Assembly (NCBI GenBank): GCA_947459635.1
Contig: CANHEA010000003.1
Location: 3,386 to 67,385, forward strand
From: Flavobacteriaceae bacterium
GTDB taxonomy: Bacteria > Bacteroidota > Bacteroidia > Flavobacteriales > Flavobacteriaceae
DNA: 64,000 nt
Direction of reading: 5' to 3'
The translations under genes were made by a program, and so were the position numbers. Of the stretch, positions 40,405 through 51,043 are shown one piece after another. A model generated the notes under the pieces. It saw only the letters and a program-made list of their open reading frames with translations. It did not search any database and was not told the DNA's origin. The stretch's first letter is position 1; each line of letters opens with the position of its first letter.

Positions 40405-41694
40405 TTACGTCAACCATAAATTTCTATACGCACTGTTTCTATCGTAAAGTCCAGCTTGTTTATCAATATCAAAATAGCGATTTTCTCTTGGGTCATTTCC
40501 GACGCCAGCAATATAGGCCCAATTGCCCCAATTACTACATTCATCATAATCAATCAATTGCTGCTCGAAATAGGCTGCGCCATAACGCCAATCTAGTTTG
40601 AGGTCGTTGCAAAAATAACTCGCCACATTTTGCCTACCACGATTGCTCATAAAACCAGTCAATTGGAGTTCGACCATATTGGCATTGATAAAATCCTCGT
40701 CTAGAGTTCCATTAATCCAACTGTGAAGGAGTTTTTCACTAACGGATTTTGGAATCTCTTTTTCCTTGGTAATTCCAGAAGGTTGAAACATTTTCGATTG
40801 GTGTTTCTTAAACATAAACCTGAAGAAATCACGCCATAACAATTCAAAAACCAGCCAGTACGTCGAGTCGTTTGCTCCAAACTCTGACTCGAAATTCTTT
40901 AATTCATGGTAAATGTATCGGGGTGAAATACATCCCAAGGCCAACCAAGCGGAAAACTTGGAAGAATAATCCGCACCAATTAATCCGTTTCGCGTTTCCT
41001 TATAATTTGAAATACTTTTAGATTGAAAGAAATAATAATTCAATCGATGCAAACCTTCCGATTCGCCTCCTTTGAATTGGATAGCGGCGCGCGAATCGAC
41101 TGATACAGGAGCTAGACACAAATCTTCAAGTGTTGGCAAATCAACTGGAGGAATATTTGGTGAATTTATAGCCGATGGCTTGCCGAAAATATTTCGAATC
41201 GTGGCATCTTTTTCTGTCTTCTTTCTAAAGTTGGTAAAAACATCAGGAATATCTTTGATTGAAAAAGGCAAATCTTCGGCATGGTATAAGGTGCTTGTAC
41301 TAAAGGTCTCAAACTCACATCTGAGTTTAAAAAGTGCTGTTTGAACTAATAGTTCCGTTTGCTTTTCTTCATAAGCTACTTCCCGTTTAGCAAAAACTTT
41401 TTGTACTCTAAATTGTTGCACTATTTTTGGAATTTCAACTTCTGGTTTGCCTCTAAGAATGAGAAGTCCCGAACCAATATTTCTCAGATTACTATCTAAA
41501 TCTAGTAAGGATTCAAGTAAAAATTGCGCTCGGAAACTGCCTGTTTTCTGAAATCCATAAGGTGTTATTTCAAAATGCGAATCATCAAAACAATAAAGCG
41601 CAATAATTTGATCACTTTGGGCAATGGCTTTGACGAGCGTTTCGTTGTCTTCAAGTCTTAAATCTGTTTTAAACCAAACAATTGCCGTTTTCAT
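40405..41694 (-). CDS. DASH-family cryptochrome
   Basis: WF..DLR..DN, YKETRNGLIGADYSSKFS, ELLWRD, MSNRGRQN, LIDYD..SNWGNW.Y.AGVGNDPR. Confidence 0.93.
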   Translation of the reverse strand: MKTAIVWFKTDLRLEDNETLVKAIAQSDQIIALYCFDDSHFEITPYGFQKTGSFRAQFLLESLLDLDSNLRNIGSGLLILRGKPEVEIPKIVQQFRVQKVFAKREVAYEEKQTELLVQTALFKLRCEFETFSTSTLYHAEDLPFSIKDIPDVFTNFRKKTEKDATIRNIFGKPSAINSPNIPPVDLPTLEDLCLAPVSVDSRAAIQFKGGESEGLHRLNYYFFQSKSISNYKETRNGLIGADYSSKFSAWLALGCISPRYIYHELKNFESEFGANDSTYWLVFELLWRDFFRFMFKKHQSKMFQPSGITKEKEIPKSVSEKLLHSWINGTLDEDFINANMVELQLTGFMSNRGRQNVASYFCNDLKLDWRYGAAYFEQQLIDYDECSNWGNWAYIAGVGNDPRENRYFDIDKQAGLYDRNSAYRNLWLT

Positions 41695-43229
41695 AAATTA
41701 TTGATGTTATTTAGATAATAATCAGCTTGTTGCAACAAAGCTATTTTGTCTTCGGATTTCATTCTTCGCCATACATTATACATCATACCAATTCTAGGGT
41801 TTTTGGATAATTTGCTTTCATTCTTATCGTAGAAATTCCAATACAAGCTATTAAAGGGACAAGATTTTTCTCCCGTTTTTAATGTTTTGTTATAAAAACA
41901 GGTGCCACAATAATGACTCATTTTATCAATGTAAGAAGCGGAACTTACATAAGGTTTCGTTCCTACAATACCTCCATCGGCAAATTGACTCATGCCACGT
42001 GTGTTCGTAATTTCAACCCATTCTAGTGCATCGATGTATATTCCGAGGTACCAGGCATCAACTTCATCAGGGTGGATTCCAGCTAGTAAAGCGAAATTGC
42101 CCGTGATCATGAGTCTTTGAATATGATGCGCATAAGCGTAATCAAGCGACTGATTAATTGCGTCTTTCAAGCAATTCATTTTCGTTTTTCCTGTCCAATA
42201 CCATTCGGGTAGTTTTTCTTGATTATTGAAAAAATTCATCGTCGCATAATCTGGCATTTTCAACCAATAAATACCCCGCATATATTCTCGCCAACCAATG
42301 ATTTGTCGGACGAAACCTTCGAGTTGATTATACTCAATGTCATTGGGCCAATTCCGCCACGCTGCTATCGCTTTGTCAATAACTTCTTTAGGAGAAATCA
42401 ATTTTGAATTCATAGAAAATGAAAGACGAGAATGATATAATGACCATTCGTTGGGTGACATCGCATCTTGATAACTGCCAAAAAAAGGCAAACATTCGGT
42501 CACAAAAAAATCTAATAATTGCAGCGATTGTGCTCTATTGATGGGCCAAACAAAATGGAGTGCATCAATATTTCCGATAGTTACAATATTTGTTTTCTCT
42601 ATTTCCGCTCCAATACTTGAAACATCATTATTAAAAACCAATGGAGCAGTTGGTTTGTGGCCTTTGGGCAATTTCTTTCTGTTGTCGCCATCATAATTCC
42701 ATTGTCCTGTTATTGGCTGCTCACCGTCCATCAAAACCGCATGTTTCTTTCTCAACGCTCTGTAAAAACTCTCTAATAAAAACGTTTTTTTTCCTTCGAA
42801 AAATCGACCCAATTCGTCTCGTGTCGTAAAAAAATGCTCCGAATCGACGGCAGCACTTGGAATTGGAATAGATTGACAAATATTTTTTAACTGTTGATCC
42901 ACGCGGTATTCATCAGGGCATTGGTATTCGAAGTGCGTAAATTGATGTTGGATGATTAGCTGTTGAATATTCTTCTCAAACGACTGAAAATTGTCTTCAT
43001 CATTGATACCAAAATAAATTACATGATGTTGACGCGATCGCAATTCCATACAAAAAGCTCGCATAGACGCAAAAAATCCAACTACTTTTTGAATGTGGTG
43101 TTTTGCGTAATCTGTTTCCGTTCGGATTTCCATCAAAACATAGGAAACATGATTATCCTGATTTAAAAACCAAGAATGATTGATGTTGAGTTGATCGCCG
43201 AGCAGTAATCGTAACGTTTTAGTTGCCAT
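41691..43229 (-). CDS. FeS-BCP cryptochrome/(6-4) photolyase (PhrB/CryB type; start probably ATG 43229)
   Basis: [35 protein letters not shown], four Cys (MNCL, YCGTC, SCPF). Confidence 0.93.
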   Translation of the reverse strand: MATKTLRLLLGDQLNINHSWFLNQDNHVSYVLMEIRTETDYAKHHIQKVVGFFASMRAFCMELRSRQHHVIYFGINDEDNFQSFEKNIQQLIIQHQFTHFEYQCPDEYRVDQQLKNICQSIPIPSAAVDSEHFFTTRDELGRFFEGKKTFLLESFYRALRKKHAVLMDGEQPITGQWNYDGDNRKKLPKGHKPTAPLVFNNDVSSIGAEIEKTNIVTIGNIDALHFVWPINRAQSLQLLDFFVTECLPFFGSYQDAMSPNEWSLYHSRLSFSMNSKLISPKEVIDKAIAAWRNWPNDIEYNQLEGFVRQIIGWREYMRGIYWLKMPDYATMNFFNNQEKLPEWYWTGKTKMNCLKDAINQSLDYAYAHHIQRLMITGNFALLAGIHPDEVDAWYLGIYIDALEWVEITNTRGMSQFADGGIVGTKPYVSSASYIDKMSHYCGTCFYNKTLKTGEKSCPFNSLYWNFYDKNESKLSKNPRIGMMYNVWRRMKSEDKIALLQQADYYLNNINNL

Positions 43230-43368
43230 TTTGTTTATTTGTTCTGCATTGGTCACTGCAATATTTTACTTCTTCCCAAACTTTCTCCCATTTCTTTCGC
43301 CACGAAAAAGGTCTTTTGCAAACGAGGCAAATCTTAGAAGGCAAATGCCGTTTCTTAATTCCCTTCAT
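43219..43368 (-). CDS. DUF2256 small Cys-rich protein, 49 aa (missing from ORF track)
   Basis: [49 protein letters not shown]; overlaps both neighbours. Confidence 0.9.
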   Translation of the reverse strand: MKGIKKRHLPSKICLVCKRPFSWRKKWEKVWEEVKYCSDQCRTNKQNGN

Positions 43369-44089
43369 CGGTAAATTTTATTGGTGTTCGTTTCCAATCT
43401 ACTTTCACAGAGGAACCTTTCGCCATAAAAACAGCAGTGGGATTGGTTTTATTTAAAACTGCAAAAGCATCGCCATACATAGCAGAAAAATCACATCGAA
43501 TGTCATAACTGGATATGTGATTAACTTCCCAACTCGGATGTTGCAATCGATACTCCTCGGTATTTTGCTCATTAATCTTCGTGTAACCGTAATAATGTTC
43601 GTAAATAAATTCTTCAAATGATTTAGCAGCCATTTTCTTCGATGCAGTTTCGGCTTCAACCAAGATGTGGTTCCATTTTTTATCCAACAGCCATTCAAAT
43701 TTTACTTGTTGCTTGCCTCCCATTTGATGCATAAAATGTTTTGTCGGAACAACCGTATAATGTTCTTTATATAATTTATTAGCCATCCACGCCACAATGC
43801 GATACGGAATGGTCTCGTTAATAAAAACAACACCTCTTTTGATTGTATTTCCTTCTATGCGCTGCACATAAAAGCGAAGATTAATTTCTTCAAATGTTCC
43901 TAAATAAGGAATTGGAACGCCGAATATCTTCGTTTTTTTAAACATAAAGCCCACCAAACTCACATAGGCTTTACCTTCATACAAATCGAGGGTTACTCCG
44001 TTGGGTAAATAGGGCAATAAAATTTCAGGCGCAATTTCGTAATTAGCCATGATGATATTTTCCCAATTTGCTTTTAAAAAAGTTGTCAT
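43355..44089 (-). CDS. DUF2071 (YqjF-like) protein
   Basis: [30 protein letters not shown]. Confidence 0.85.
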   Translation of the reverse strand: MTTFLKANWENIIMANYEIAPEILLPYLPNGVTLDLYEGKAYVSLVGFMFKKTKIFGVPIPYLGTFEEINLRFYVQRIEGNTIKRGVVFINETIPYRIVAWMANKLYKEHYTVVPTKHFMHQMGGKQQVKFEWLLDKKWNHILVEAETASKKMAAKSFEEFIYEHYYGYTKINEQNTEEYRLQHPSWEVNHISSYDIRCDFSAMYGDAFAVLNKTNPTAVFMAKGSSVKVDWKRTPIKFTDEGN

Positions 44090-45585
44090 TATTTTTTTAC
44101 ATTACGTTGTTTAGGTTTCCGAATTGAAGGACTTACATGTTTTTTTAAAATTCTCGTTCCTTCTATTTTCACGGCGTCTTTTTTGCGAAAACTCCAAACC
44201 AAATCGCTGGCGTATTTTCTAGTTTCTTCAATATTGACAATGGGTTCTGGATAGTCTTTTCCAATTTCGCAATGGTAAAATTGTTGTTCAATAGGATTTA
44301 ATTTCCAGGGTTCATGAATTAAATTTACTGGGATTTCCGACAACTCTGGAATCCATTGTTTGATGAAAATTCCCTCCGGATCGTGTTCTTCTGAATTTTT
44401 GATTGGATTGTAAATTCTAATGGTATTAATGCCGGTTGTCCCCGATTGCATTTGCAATTGCGGATAATGAATTCCCGGTTCATAGTCTAAAAACTGACGC
44501 GCTAAAAAATGCAGTTCACGCCAATCTTGCCACAAATTGAAAGTAAAAAATGACACCACCATCGCCCGCATTCTAAAGTTCAGATAGCCAGTCGCAACCA
44601 CACATCGCATGCACGCATCAATGATTGGAATTCCAGTTTTGCCTTCTTGCCAAGCTTTGATATAAACTTCATTCTTGGGCTTTACTAACGAGTCGTAAGC
44701 GCGATTCACATTCTCGAACTCCATGCGACATTCATCCTCGAATTTTTGAATGAAATGACAATGCCAATGCAATCTTGACACAAAATTGAGCATGGCACGC
44801 TTGTTCTTGGAATTTTCGTAATGTTGATTCGTATATTGATAAATCATGCGCATGCTGATATTGCCGTAAGTCAAATACGGCGACATGCGACTGCAACCCT
44901 TGCGGCTCAAGCTGGGTTTAGAAATATGCTTGCTGTAATTGATATGACGTTCTTTGACGAAACTGTCAAGATAACGCCAAGCTAAAAGCTCTCCGCCTTG
45001 CTGAAAATTTTTGTGACGCGTTGTGATTAGAGGGTCTAGCGCTTTGCCTTTTATAGCATCATAAAAATCTTGATCTAGATTTTCAAATTCGAAGGCAGTA
45101 AGATCAATCATTTTAGGATGATCACGCATGACATTTTCCCATCTTTTATCCCAATCGCTCCTAGATTTTAGTTTTCTGATGACGCCATGCATTTGAAATT
45201 CTTTCCACTGAATTTCATTCTTTTTAAAGAAATACTGCATCGCAACGTCTCGATCATAAGTGATCTTATTTCCGATTTCTTGATGAGAAAAAACGGTCTT
45301 AATATCAAACCGTTGCGCTAATTTTTTAAAAACATTCTGGGCTTCATCATGAAAAAAATAAATTCTTGTACCTTTTGAATCCAGTTTCGATTGCATGTCC
45401 TGCAGCGATTCATAAATAAATCGCCAATGACGAATATCCGAATCATCATAGTGCATCACGGATGGTTCAAAAAAATACAATAATAGAACTGGAATATTTT
45501 CTTGTTGCGCCATAAAAAGAGGTTCATGATCTATAAAACGTAAATCACGTTTGAACCAAACAATATTGATGGCTTTTTTATTCAA
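44089..45585 (-). CDS. Cryptochrome/photolyase family protein, atypical subclass (TTG start coupled to upstream TGA)
   Basis: [56 protein letters not shown]. Confidence 0.9.
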   Translation of the reverse strand: MNKKAINIVWFKRDLRFIDHEPLFMAQQENIPVLLLYFFEPSVMHYDDSDIRHWRFIYESLQDMQSKLDSKGTRIYFFHDEAQNVFKKLAQRFDIKTVFSHQEIGNKITYDRDVAMQYFFKKNEIQWKEFQMHGVIRKLKSRSDWDKRWENVMRDHPKMIDLTAFEFENLDQDFYDAIKGKALDPLITTRHKNFQQGGELLAWRYLDSFVKERHINYSKHISKPSLSRKGCSRMSPYLTYGNISMRMIYQYTNQHYENSKNKRAMLNFVSRLHWHCHFIQKFEDECRMEFENVNRAYDSLVKPKNEVYIKAWQEGKTGIPIIDACMRCVVATGYLNFRMRAMVVSFFTFNLWQDWRELHFLARQFLDYEPGIHYPQLQMQSGTTGINTIRIYNPIKNSEEHDPEGIFIKQWIPELSEIPVNLIHEPWKLNPIEQQFYHCEIGKDYPEPIVNIEETRKYASDLVWSFRKKDAVKIEGTRILKKHVSPSIRKPKQRNVKK

Positions 45586-46226
45586 TTTTTAGCGATTGAG
45601 GTAAGTTCTTTATCAGGTTTGGCATAACTCAAACGATCCAATTGAACAGTTTTGTGATAACTATCTAAACCAGAACAAGTAATAGTGTTGGCTTTTTCTA
45701 AATCGATAAATCCATCTTCTAGTAAACAATCAGTTGGAAGATAAACGTCTGTTATTTCACCTATGATGAGTGTCGTATTATTGATGTTTAAATCTATTTT
45801 CTCTTTAAATGCTACTCCCATTCTCAATCGACTTTCGGCTACAAACGGCGCAAAAAAATTGTTTTTGTATTCGGCTTCGAGTCCAGTAATTTCAAACTCT
45901 GAAATAGACGCCTCATACCGTGCTGAAGTTTGATGTGCCTGCTGATATATTTTTTCGTTGATGTGATTGATGGTGTAAAAGCCTGTTGCAAGAATGTTAT
46001 TCATGGTGTCGCGTTCCGGTGGACTTGGTCTAAAGATCAACCCAATCAAAGGTGGATTAGCTCCGATATGAAAAACAGAACTAAAAATGGATAGGTTTTC
46101 ATTTCCGACAGCATCGACCGTTCCTACCAAAGCAACGCTTTTAAAACCACCTAAGCTGTTGACAAAATGTACGCGCTTTTGTTTTTCCATCGCTATGATG
46201 TCATCAAAAGAAAAGTGTTTTTGCAT
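45582..46226 (-). CDS. Flavin reductase-like (FMN-binding split barrel) protein (start probably ATG 46226)
   Basis: [37 protein letters not shown]. Confidence 0.85.
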   Translation of the reverse strand: MQKHFSFDDIIAMEKQKRVHFVNSLGGFKSVALVGTVDAVGNENLSIFSSVFHIGANPPLIGLIFRPSPPERDTMNNILATGFYTINHINEKIYQQAHQTSARYEASISEFEITGLEAEYKNNFFAPFVAESRLRMGVAFKEKIDLNINNTTLIIGEITDVYLPTDCLLEDGFIDLEKANTITCSGLDSYHKTVQLDRLSYAKPDKELTSIAKN

Positions 46227-46269
46227 TTTTAGTACGTTAGAGTTAATTGAATAATTTTGGAAATTGGAA

Positions 46270-46695
46270 TTAGAACTTTGGGAAGGAGGATTCTTTATCA
46301 CGAAGTACAATCCACTTTCTTTCGCTGTTCAGCTTGAAAGTACCAATATGTTCTCTGTTCCATTCTAGCGGCCCGATAAGCGATAGAAAATTTACGCCAT
46401 CTTCTCCGCGATACAAATGATATATTTCTCCGATAACAGGTTCAAACGAGAATTTCGACTGATAAACCAATTCATTCCATTCGTACTCTTCCATCAGCGC
46501 TTGATATTGCAATTTGAGTTCATTAAACTTATTTTCGAACTCTTTGTTCACATTGCTAATCCCTCTACTTTTCCAAGAAACGACGTCATCCACTTTGATG
46601 ATTGGTGCACCGACATTAGTCGAATATGGCAGTAAATTAGCATGGTATCCTTGCTCCTCTGAAAATACTACGTTGTCTGGTCTTTCTTTTTCCAT
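46270..46695 (-). CDS. DUF2452 family protein
   Basis: LPY.TNVGAP, F.FEP..GE.YHLY, FLS.I.P.EW. Confidence 0.8.
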   Translation of the reverse strand: MEKERPDNVVFSEEQGYHANLLPYSTNVGAPIIKVDDVVSWKSRGISNVNKEFENKFNELKLQYQALMEEYEWNELVYQSKFSFEPVIGEIYHLYRGEDGVNFLSLIGPLEWNREHIGTFKLNSERKWIVLRDKESSFPKF

Positions 46696-46710
46696 TTAAG
46701 TAATTCTCTT

Positions 46711-46995
46711 TTATCGTTTTGATATTTTATTGCTTGAAATTGCTCTTTGTCGCTCGCATCTAAATCGATCAATTCCCGCTACCCGCTTCGCAGCATGCTT
46801 GGTTTTACAATTTTCCACACGTTCTCTCCATAAGGTGTAACTCCTAAATTTTAATTCCTTTTTCATCAAAGCCTTAACATCTGCTTCAACTAGTCCGAAC
46901 TGAAATTTAATTGCATCAAAAGGCGTTCTGTCTTCCCAAGCCATTTCAATAATTCGGTCGATTTCTATTTCGTTAAACGTTCTTTCCTTTACCAT
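46711..46995 (-). CDS. TIGR03643 (DUF2805) family protein
   Basis: RIIEMAWEDRTPF.AI..QFGL, WR.RV, TKH. Confidence 0.88.
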   Translation of the reverse strand: MVKERTFNEIEIDRIIEMAWEDRTPFDAIKFQFGLVEADVKALMKKELKFRSYTLWRERVENCKTKHAAKRVAGIDRFRCERQRAISSNKISKR

Positions 46996-47032
46996 TTCAA
47001 AATTTGTTTATTTATTTTAAAAAAAGATTAAA

Positions 47033-47040
47033 CAAATTTA
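47033..47040 (-). promoter_or_regulatory. -7 promoter element of photolyase cluster
   Basis: TAaaTTTG on minus strand, 37 bp upstream of first gene. Confidence 0.55.
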
Positions 47041-47146
47041 CACTAATTCATGAATGCAAATCCAAAAAAAATCACAAAATTGACTAAAAATTTGTAGCTA
47101 CTATTCAATAAAAAATACCTTATTTTGCGAAATACTTTCAAAGATT

Positions 47147-48217
47147 ATGATGCAAACCATCCAAGCCAATGGCTATCCCATTTATTTTTCCGAAACAGGT
47201 TACGAAGCGCTCAATGAAATACTATTAGAGGAAAAATATTCTAGCATCTTCGTACTCGTTGATAGTCAATCCAATGAATACTGCTTGCCGCAATTCTTGC
47301 CTTATCTCGCGACAGAAATCCCCATCGAAATCATCGAATTTGAATCAGGCGAAAGTTCCAAAAATATCGAAACTTGCGTTCAAATATGGGAAGCATTAAC
47401 CGAATTAGGCGCCGATAGAAAAAGTCTAATAATCAATTTAGGTGGTGGCGTTGTAACTGATTTGGGTGGATTTGTGGCATCGACTTTCAAAAGAGGCATC
47501 GACTTTATTCACGTTCCAACCACGCTCCTAGCCATGGTTGACGCGTCAGTTGGAGGCAAAAATGGTGTCGACTTGGGCAATTTAAAAAATCAAATTGGGG
47601 TGATCAACGTTCCGAAAATGATCATTGTAGATGCCAGCTATTTGGAAACATTACCTAAAAACGAAATGCGATCCGGCTTGGCGGAAATGCTCAAACACGG
47701 TTTAATTCAGGACAAAGCTTATTGGGAAAAGTTTCGAAATCTAGATCAAATTGATTTCGCCGATTTTGATGCACTTATATATCAATCGATTGTGATCAAA
47801 AACACGATTGTCATGCAAGATCCAACCGAAAATGGGATTCGAAAAGCTTTAAATTTCGGTCATACTTTAGGGCACGCAATTGAAAGTTATTTTTTAGAAA
47901 ATGAACAAAAAACAACCTTACTTCACGGAGAAGCCATCGCAGCAGGAATGATACTTGAAAGCCATATTTCTTTTCAAAAACAATTGCTTAATGAACGTGA
48001 ATACCTTGAAATAAAAGACACCATCAACAGCATTTTCGACCGAATTCAATTTGACGAAACCGACCTCGATCCCATCCAAGAATTGCTCATCCATGATAAG
48101 AAAAACGAATACGGAATGATTCAATTTGCGTTGTTGGATTCTATTGGTAATATAAAAATCAACCAAACCGCTGAAAAAGAATTAATTACGTCCGCTTTTT
48201 TAAATTACAAAACTTAA
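47147..48217 (+). CDS. aroB: 3-dehydroquinate synthase
   Basis: GGGVVTDLGGF, PTTLLAMVDASVGGK, LNFGHT.GHA.E, HGEA, DKK. Confidence 0.97.
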   Translation: MMQTIQANGYPIYFSETGYEALNEILLEEKYSSIFVLVDSQSNEYCLPQFLPYLATEIPIEIIEFESGESSKNIETCVQIWEALTELGADRKSLIINLGGGVVTDLGGFVASTFKRGIDFIHVPTTLLAMVDASVGGKNGVDLGNLKNQIGVINVPKMIIVDASYLETLPKNEMRSGLAEMLKHGLIQDKAYWEKFRNLDQIDFADFDALIYQSIVIKNTIVMQDPTENGIRKALNFGHTLGHAIESYFLENEQKTTLLHGEAIAAGMILESHISFQKQLLNEREYLEIKDTINSIFDRIQFDETDLDPIQELLIHDKKNEYGMIQFALLDSIGNIKINQTAEKELITSAFLNYKT

Positions 48218-48236
48218 TATTTTTTTAATAAAAGGA

Positions 48237-48268
48237 TTGCAATTCACTTATTTTATTTTTTACATTTG
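48237..48268 (+). promoter_or_regulatory. Promoter of uORF-arginine decarboxylase locus
   Basis: TTG 48237-48239, 21-bp spacer, TAcaTTTG 48261-48268. Confidence 0.65.
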
Positions 48269-48273
48269 CGTCA

Positions 48274-48453
48274 ATGAATAGAAACCGAAATACCGAAACA
48301 ACCTCCATCTTTGAAGCGTTTTCAAAGAAATCTTTTCTTCATTTTTTGAAGCATGTTTTGGCTATAACTGGTAATCTACATTTCGAAATTTATATCAATA
48401 CCAAACAATACAGCGAAAAACTTCCTATCATATTCGCTAATATTCGAGTTTGA
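48274..48453 (+). CDS. 59-aa small ORF / candidate leader peptide upstream of arginine decarboxylase
   Basis: ATG 5 nt after -7 box; open for 59 codons in AT-rich DNA: MNRNRNTETTSIFEAFSKKSFLHFLKHVLAITGNLHFEIYINTKQYSEKLPIIFANIRV. Confidence 0.55.
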   Translation: MNRNRNTETTSIFEAFSKKSFLHFLKHVLAITGNLHFEIYINTKQYSEKLPIIFANIRV

Positions 48454-48507
48454 ATGACGATTAAAAATAAGCGGCAACTTTTTTTAATCCAAATTTAAAC
48501 AGCATCA

Positions 48508-49908
48508 ATGAATACAAAATATTTCGATCTCATCAATCAAACGTACTATTTCCCTCAAGAAGAATTTTCTTTAAACAAAGACAACCTTCAGTTTCACAAC
48601 ATCGATTTGATGAAATTGGTAGAACAATACGGAACACCATTAAAATTCACCTATTTACCGCAAATTTCCAACAACATCAAAAGAGCCAAAAACTGGTTCC
48701 GAAATGCGATGGAAAAAAACAAATACGAAGGTAAATACTACTATTGTTATTGCACGAAAAGCTCGCATTTTCAATACATCATGAATGAAGCGTTTAAAAA
48801 CAACATTCATATTGAAACCTCTTCAGCCTTCGACATTAATATTGTGGAGAATTTACTCGAAGCAGGAAAAATCAATAAAAGCACGTACATCATTTGCAAC
48901 GGTTTCAAACGCGACCAATACATCGAAAACATTGCACGACTCATCAACAACGGCCATAAGAACGCCATTCCAATTATTGATAATTACGAAGAACTCGATT
49001 TGCTACAAGCGGAAATCAAAGGGAAATTCAAAATCGGAATCCGAATCGCTGCCGAAGAAGAACCAAAATTTGAATTTTACACTTCTCGTTTAGGAATAGG
49101 ATACAAAAACATTGTGGCGTTTTATAAAAAACAAATCCAAGAGAATAAGAACTTGGAGTTGAAGATGTTGCACTTTTTCATCAATACCGGAATCAACGAT
49201 AATGCCTATTATTGGAACGAATTGGTCAAATGTATTAAAGTGTACATTCAACTGAAAAAAGAATGCCCAACACTCGATGGACTCAACATCGGCGGTGGTT
49301 TCCCAATCAAAAATTCCCTTGCGTTCGAATACGATTACCAATATATGATTGACGAAATCATCAATCAAATCAAAATTGCTTGCGATGAAGCGGAAGTCGA
49401 TGTGCCTAACATTTTCACAGAATTCGGTTCATTTACCGTCGGCGAAAGCGGCGGCGCGATCTACCAAATTCTCTATCAAAAACAACAAAACGATAGAGAA
49501 AAATGGAATATGATCGACTCGTCTTTCATCACCACTTTGCCCGACACTTGGGCGATCAACAAGCGTTTCATTATGTTAGCGGTCAACCGTTGGAACGACC
49601 AATACGAGCGCGTACTTTTAGGCGGAATGACATGCGACAGCGACGACTATTACAACTCCGAGCAGAATATGAACGCGATTTACTTGCCAAAATACAACAA
49701 AGAAAAGCCTTTGTACATCGGATTTTTCAACACCGGAGCTTACCAAGAAACCATCGGCGGTTACGGCGGATTGCACCACTGCTTGATTCCACAACCCAAA
49801 CACATCTTAATCGATCGCGACGAAAATGGTATTTTGGCGACCGAAGTTTTCTCTGAACAACAAACCTCAGAACAAGTATTAGAAATATTAGGATATAATA
49901 AAAAATAA
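48508..49908 (+). CDS. speA: Arginine decarboxylase (PLP fold III, short Bacteroidota type)
   Basis: YCTKS (PLP Lys), IETSS, CNGFK, NIGGG, TEFG, LPDTW, TCDSDD, GAYQ...HCL. Confidence 0.85.
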   Translation: MNTKYFDLINQTYYFPQEEFSLNKDNLQFHNIDLMKLVEQYGTPLKFTYLPQISNNIKRAKNWFRNAMEKNKYEGKYYYCYCTKSSHFQYIMNEAFKNNIHIETSSAFDINIVENLLEAGKINKSTYIICNGFKRDQYIENIARLINNGHKNAIPIIDNYEELDLLQAEIKGKFKIGIRIAAEEEPKFEFYTSRLGIGYKNIVAFYKKQIQENKNLELKMLHFFINTGINDNAYYWNELVKCIKVYIQLKKECPTLDGLNIGGGFPIKNSLAFEYDYQYMIDEIINQIKIACDEAEVDVPNIFTEFGSFTVGESGGAIYQILYQKQQNDREKWNMIDSSFITTLPDTWAINKRFIMLAVNRWNDQYERVLLGGMTCDSDDYYNSEQNMNAIYLPKYNKEKPLYIGFFNTGAYQETIGGYGGLHHCLIPQPKHILIDRDENGILATEVFSEQQTSEQVLEILGYNKK

Positions 49909-49931
49909 ATTATTTTTGAAGAAGAATTTTT

Positions 49932-50040
49932 AGGAGCTATTTCCTGCTGTGCGCTACTATCTTTTTTGCTTGTCACCCTGAGCGCAGTCGAAGGGCTTTT
50001 CTTCCGCAAAAAAGGATAACCGCTTCCATCAGGGCTAGGG
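49932..50040 (+). ncRNA. Structured intergenic repeat, copy 2 (Flavo-1-like) with nested REP-like hairpin at 49971-49995
   Basis: GGAGC..CCTGCT..CGCT..ATCTTTTTTGC[TGTCACCCTGAGCGCAGTCGAAGGG..]GCAAAAAAGGAT..CGCT..ATCAGGGCTAGGG. Confidence 0.72.
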
Positions 50041-50065
50041 CCCAGAAATTAAAAACAACATCACA

Positions 50066-51037
50066 ATGAGTAAAGGACCTATTAGTCAATTTATCGAAAA
50101 ACATTACCTGCATTTCAATTCTGCCGCTCTAGTCGATGCCGCAAAAGGCTACGAACAACAACTTGCCAATGGCGCCAAAATGATGGTGACTTTAGCAGGT
50201 GCGATGAGTACCGCAGAAATTGGAAAAATATTCGCCGAATTTATTAGAAAAGATAAAGTGCAAATCATCTCTTGTACCGGCGCTAATTTAGAAGAAGATA
50301 TTATGAACTTGGTAGCGCATTCTCATTACGAACGCGTACCGCACTATCGTGATTTAACACCACAAGAAGAATGGGATTTGTTAGAACGAGGATTGAACAG
50401 AGTTACCGATACTTGTATTCCAGAACATGAAGCATTCCGTCGTTTGCAAAAACACATTTACAAAATCTGGAAAGATGCTGACGATAAAGGAGAACGTTAT
50501 TTTCCCCACGAATTCATGTACAAAATGCTCTTGTCTGGCGTGCTAGAAGAATATTACGAAATAGATTTAAAAGACAGCTGGATGTATGCCGCTGCTGAAA
50601 AGAATTTGCCTATTATTGTACCAGGTTGGGAAGACAGCACCATGGGAAATATTTTCGCTTCCTATGTGATCAAAGGCGATTTGAAAGCTTCGACCATGAA
50701 GTCTGGAATTGAATACATGACGTTCCTTGCAGATTGGTATCCAAAGAATAGCAAGAATGGCGTTGGTTTCTTCCAAATTGGTGGTGGAATTGCTGGAGAT
50801 TTTCCGATTTGCGTGGTGCCAATGTTATACCAAGATATGGAAATGCATGACGTTCCGTTTTGGAGTTATTTCTGTCAAATTTCAGATTCAACAACCAGTT
50901 ATGGTTCTTATTCTGGCGCTGTGCCCAACGAAAAAATTACTTGGGGAAAATTGGATATCAAAACCCCTAAATTTATTATCGAATCAGACGCAACCATTGT
51001 TGCTCCTCTAATTTTTGCTTACCTACTTGATTTATAA
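50066..51037 (+). CDS. Deoxyhypusine synthase-like protein (probable homospermidine synthase)
   Basis: LAGAMSTAE, TGANLEED, IGGG, YGSYSGA.PNEKITWGK, SDATI. Confidence 0.9.
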   Translation: MSKGPISQFIEKHYLHFNSAALVDAAKGYEQQLANGAKMMVTLAGAMSTAEIGKIFAEFIRKDKVQIISCTGANLEEDIMNLVAHSHYERVPHYRDLTPQEEWDLLERGLNRVTDTCIPEHEAFRRLQKHIYKIWKDADDKGERYFPHEFMYKMLLSGVLEEYYEIDLKDSWMYAAAEKNLPIIVPGWEDSTMGNIFASYVIKGDLKASTMKSGIEYMTFLADWYPKNSKNGVGFFQIGGGIAGDFPICVVPMLYQDMEMHDVPFWSYFCQISDSTTSYGSYSGAVPNEKITWGKLDIKTPKFIIESDATIVAPLIFAYLLDL

Positions 51038-51043
51038 TATACT

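Noticed and set aside
37401-47000. Accessory block as a prophage, ICE or transposon
   Set aside because: No integrase, transposase, att-like flanking repeats or phage genes were seen.
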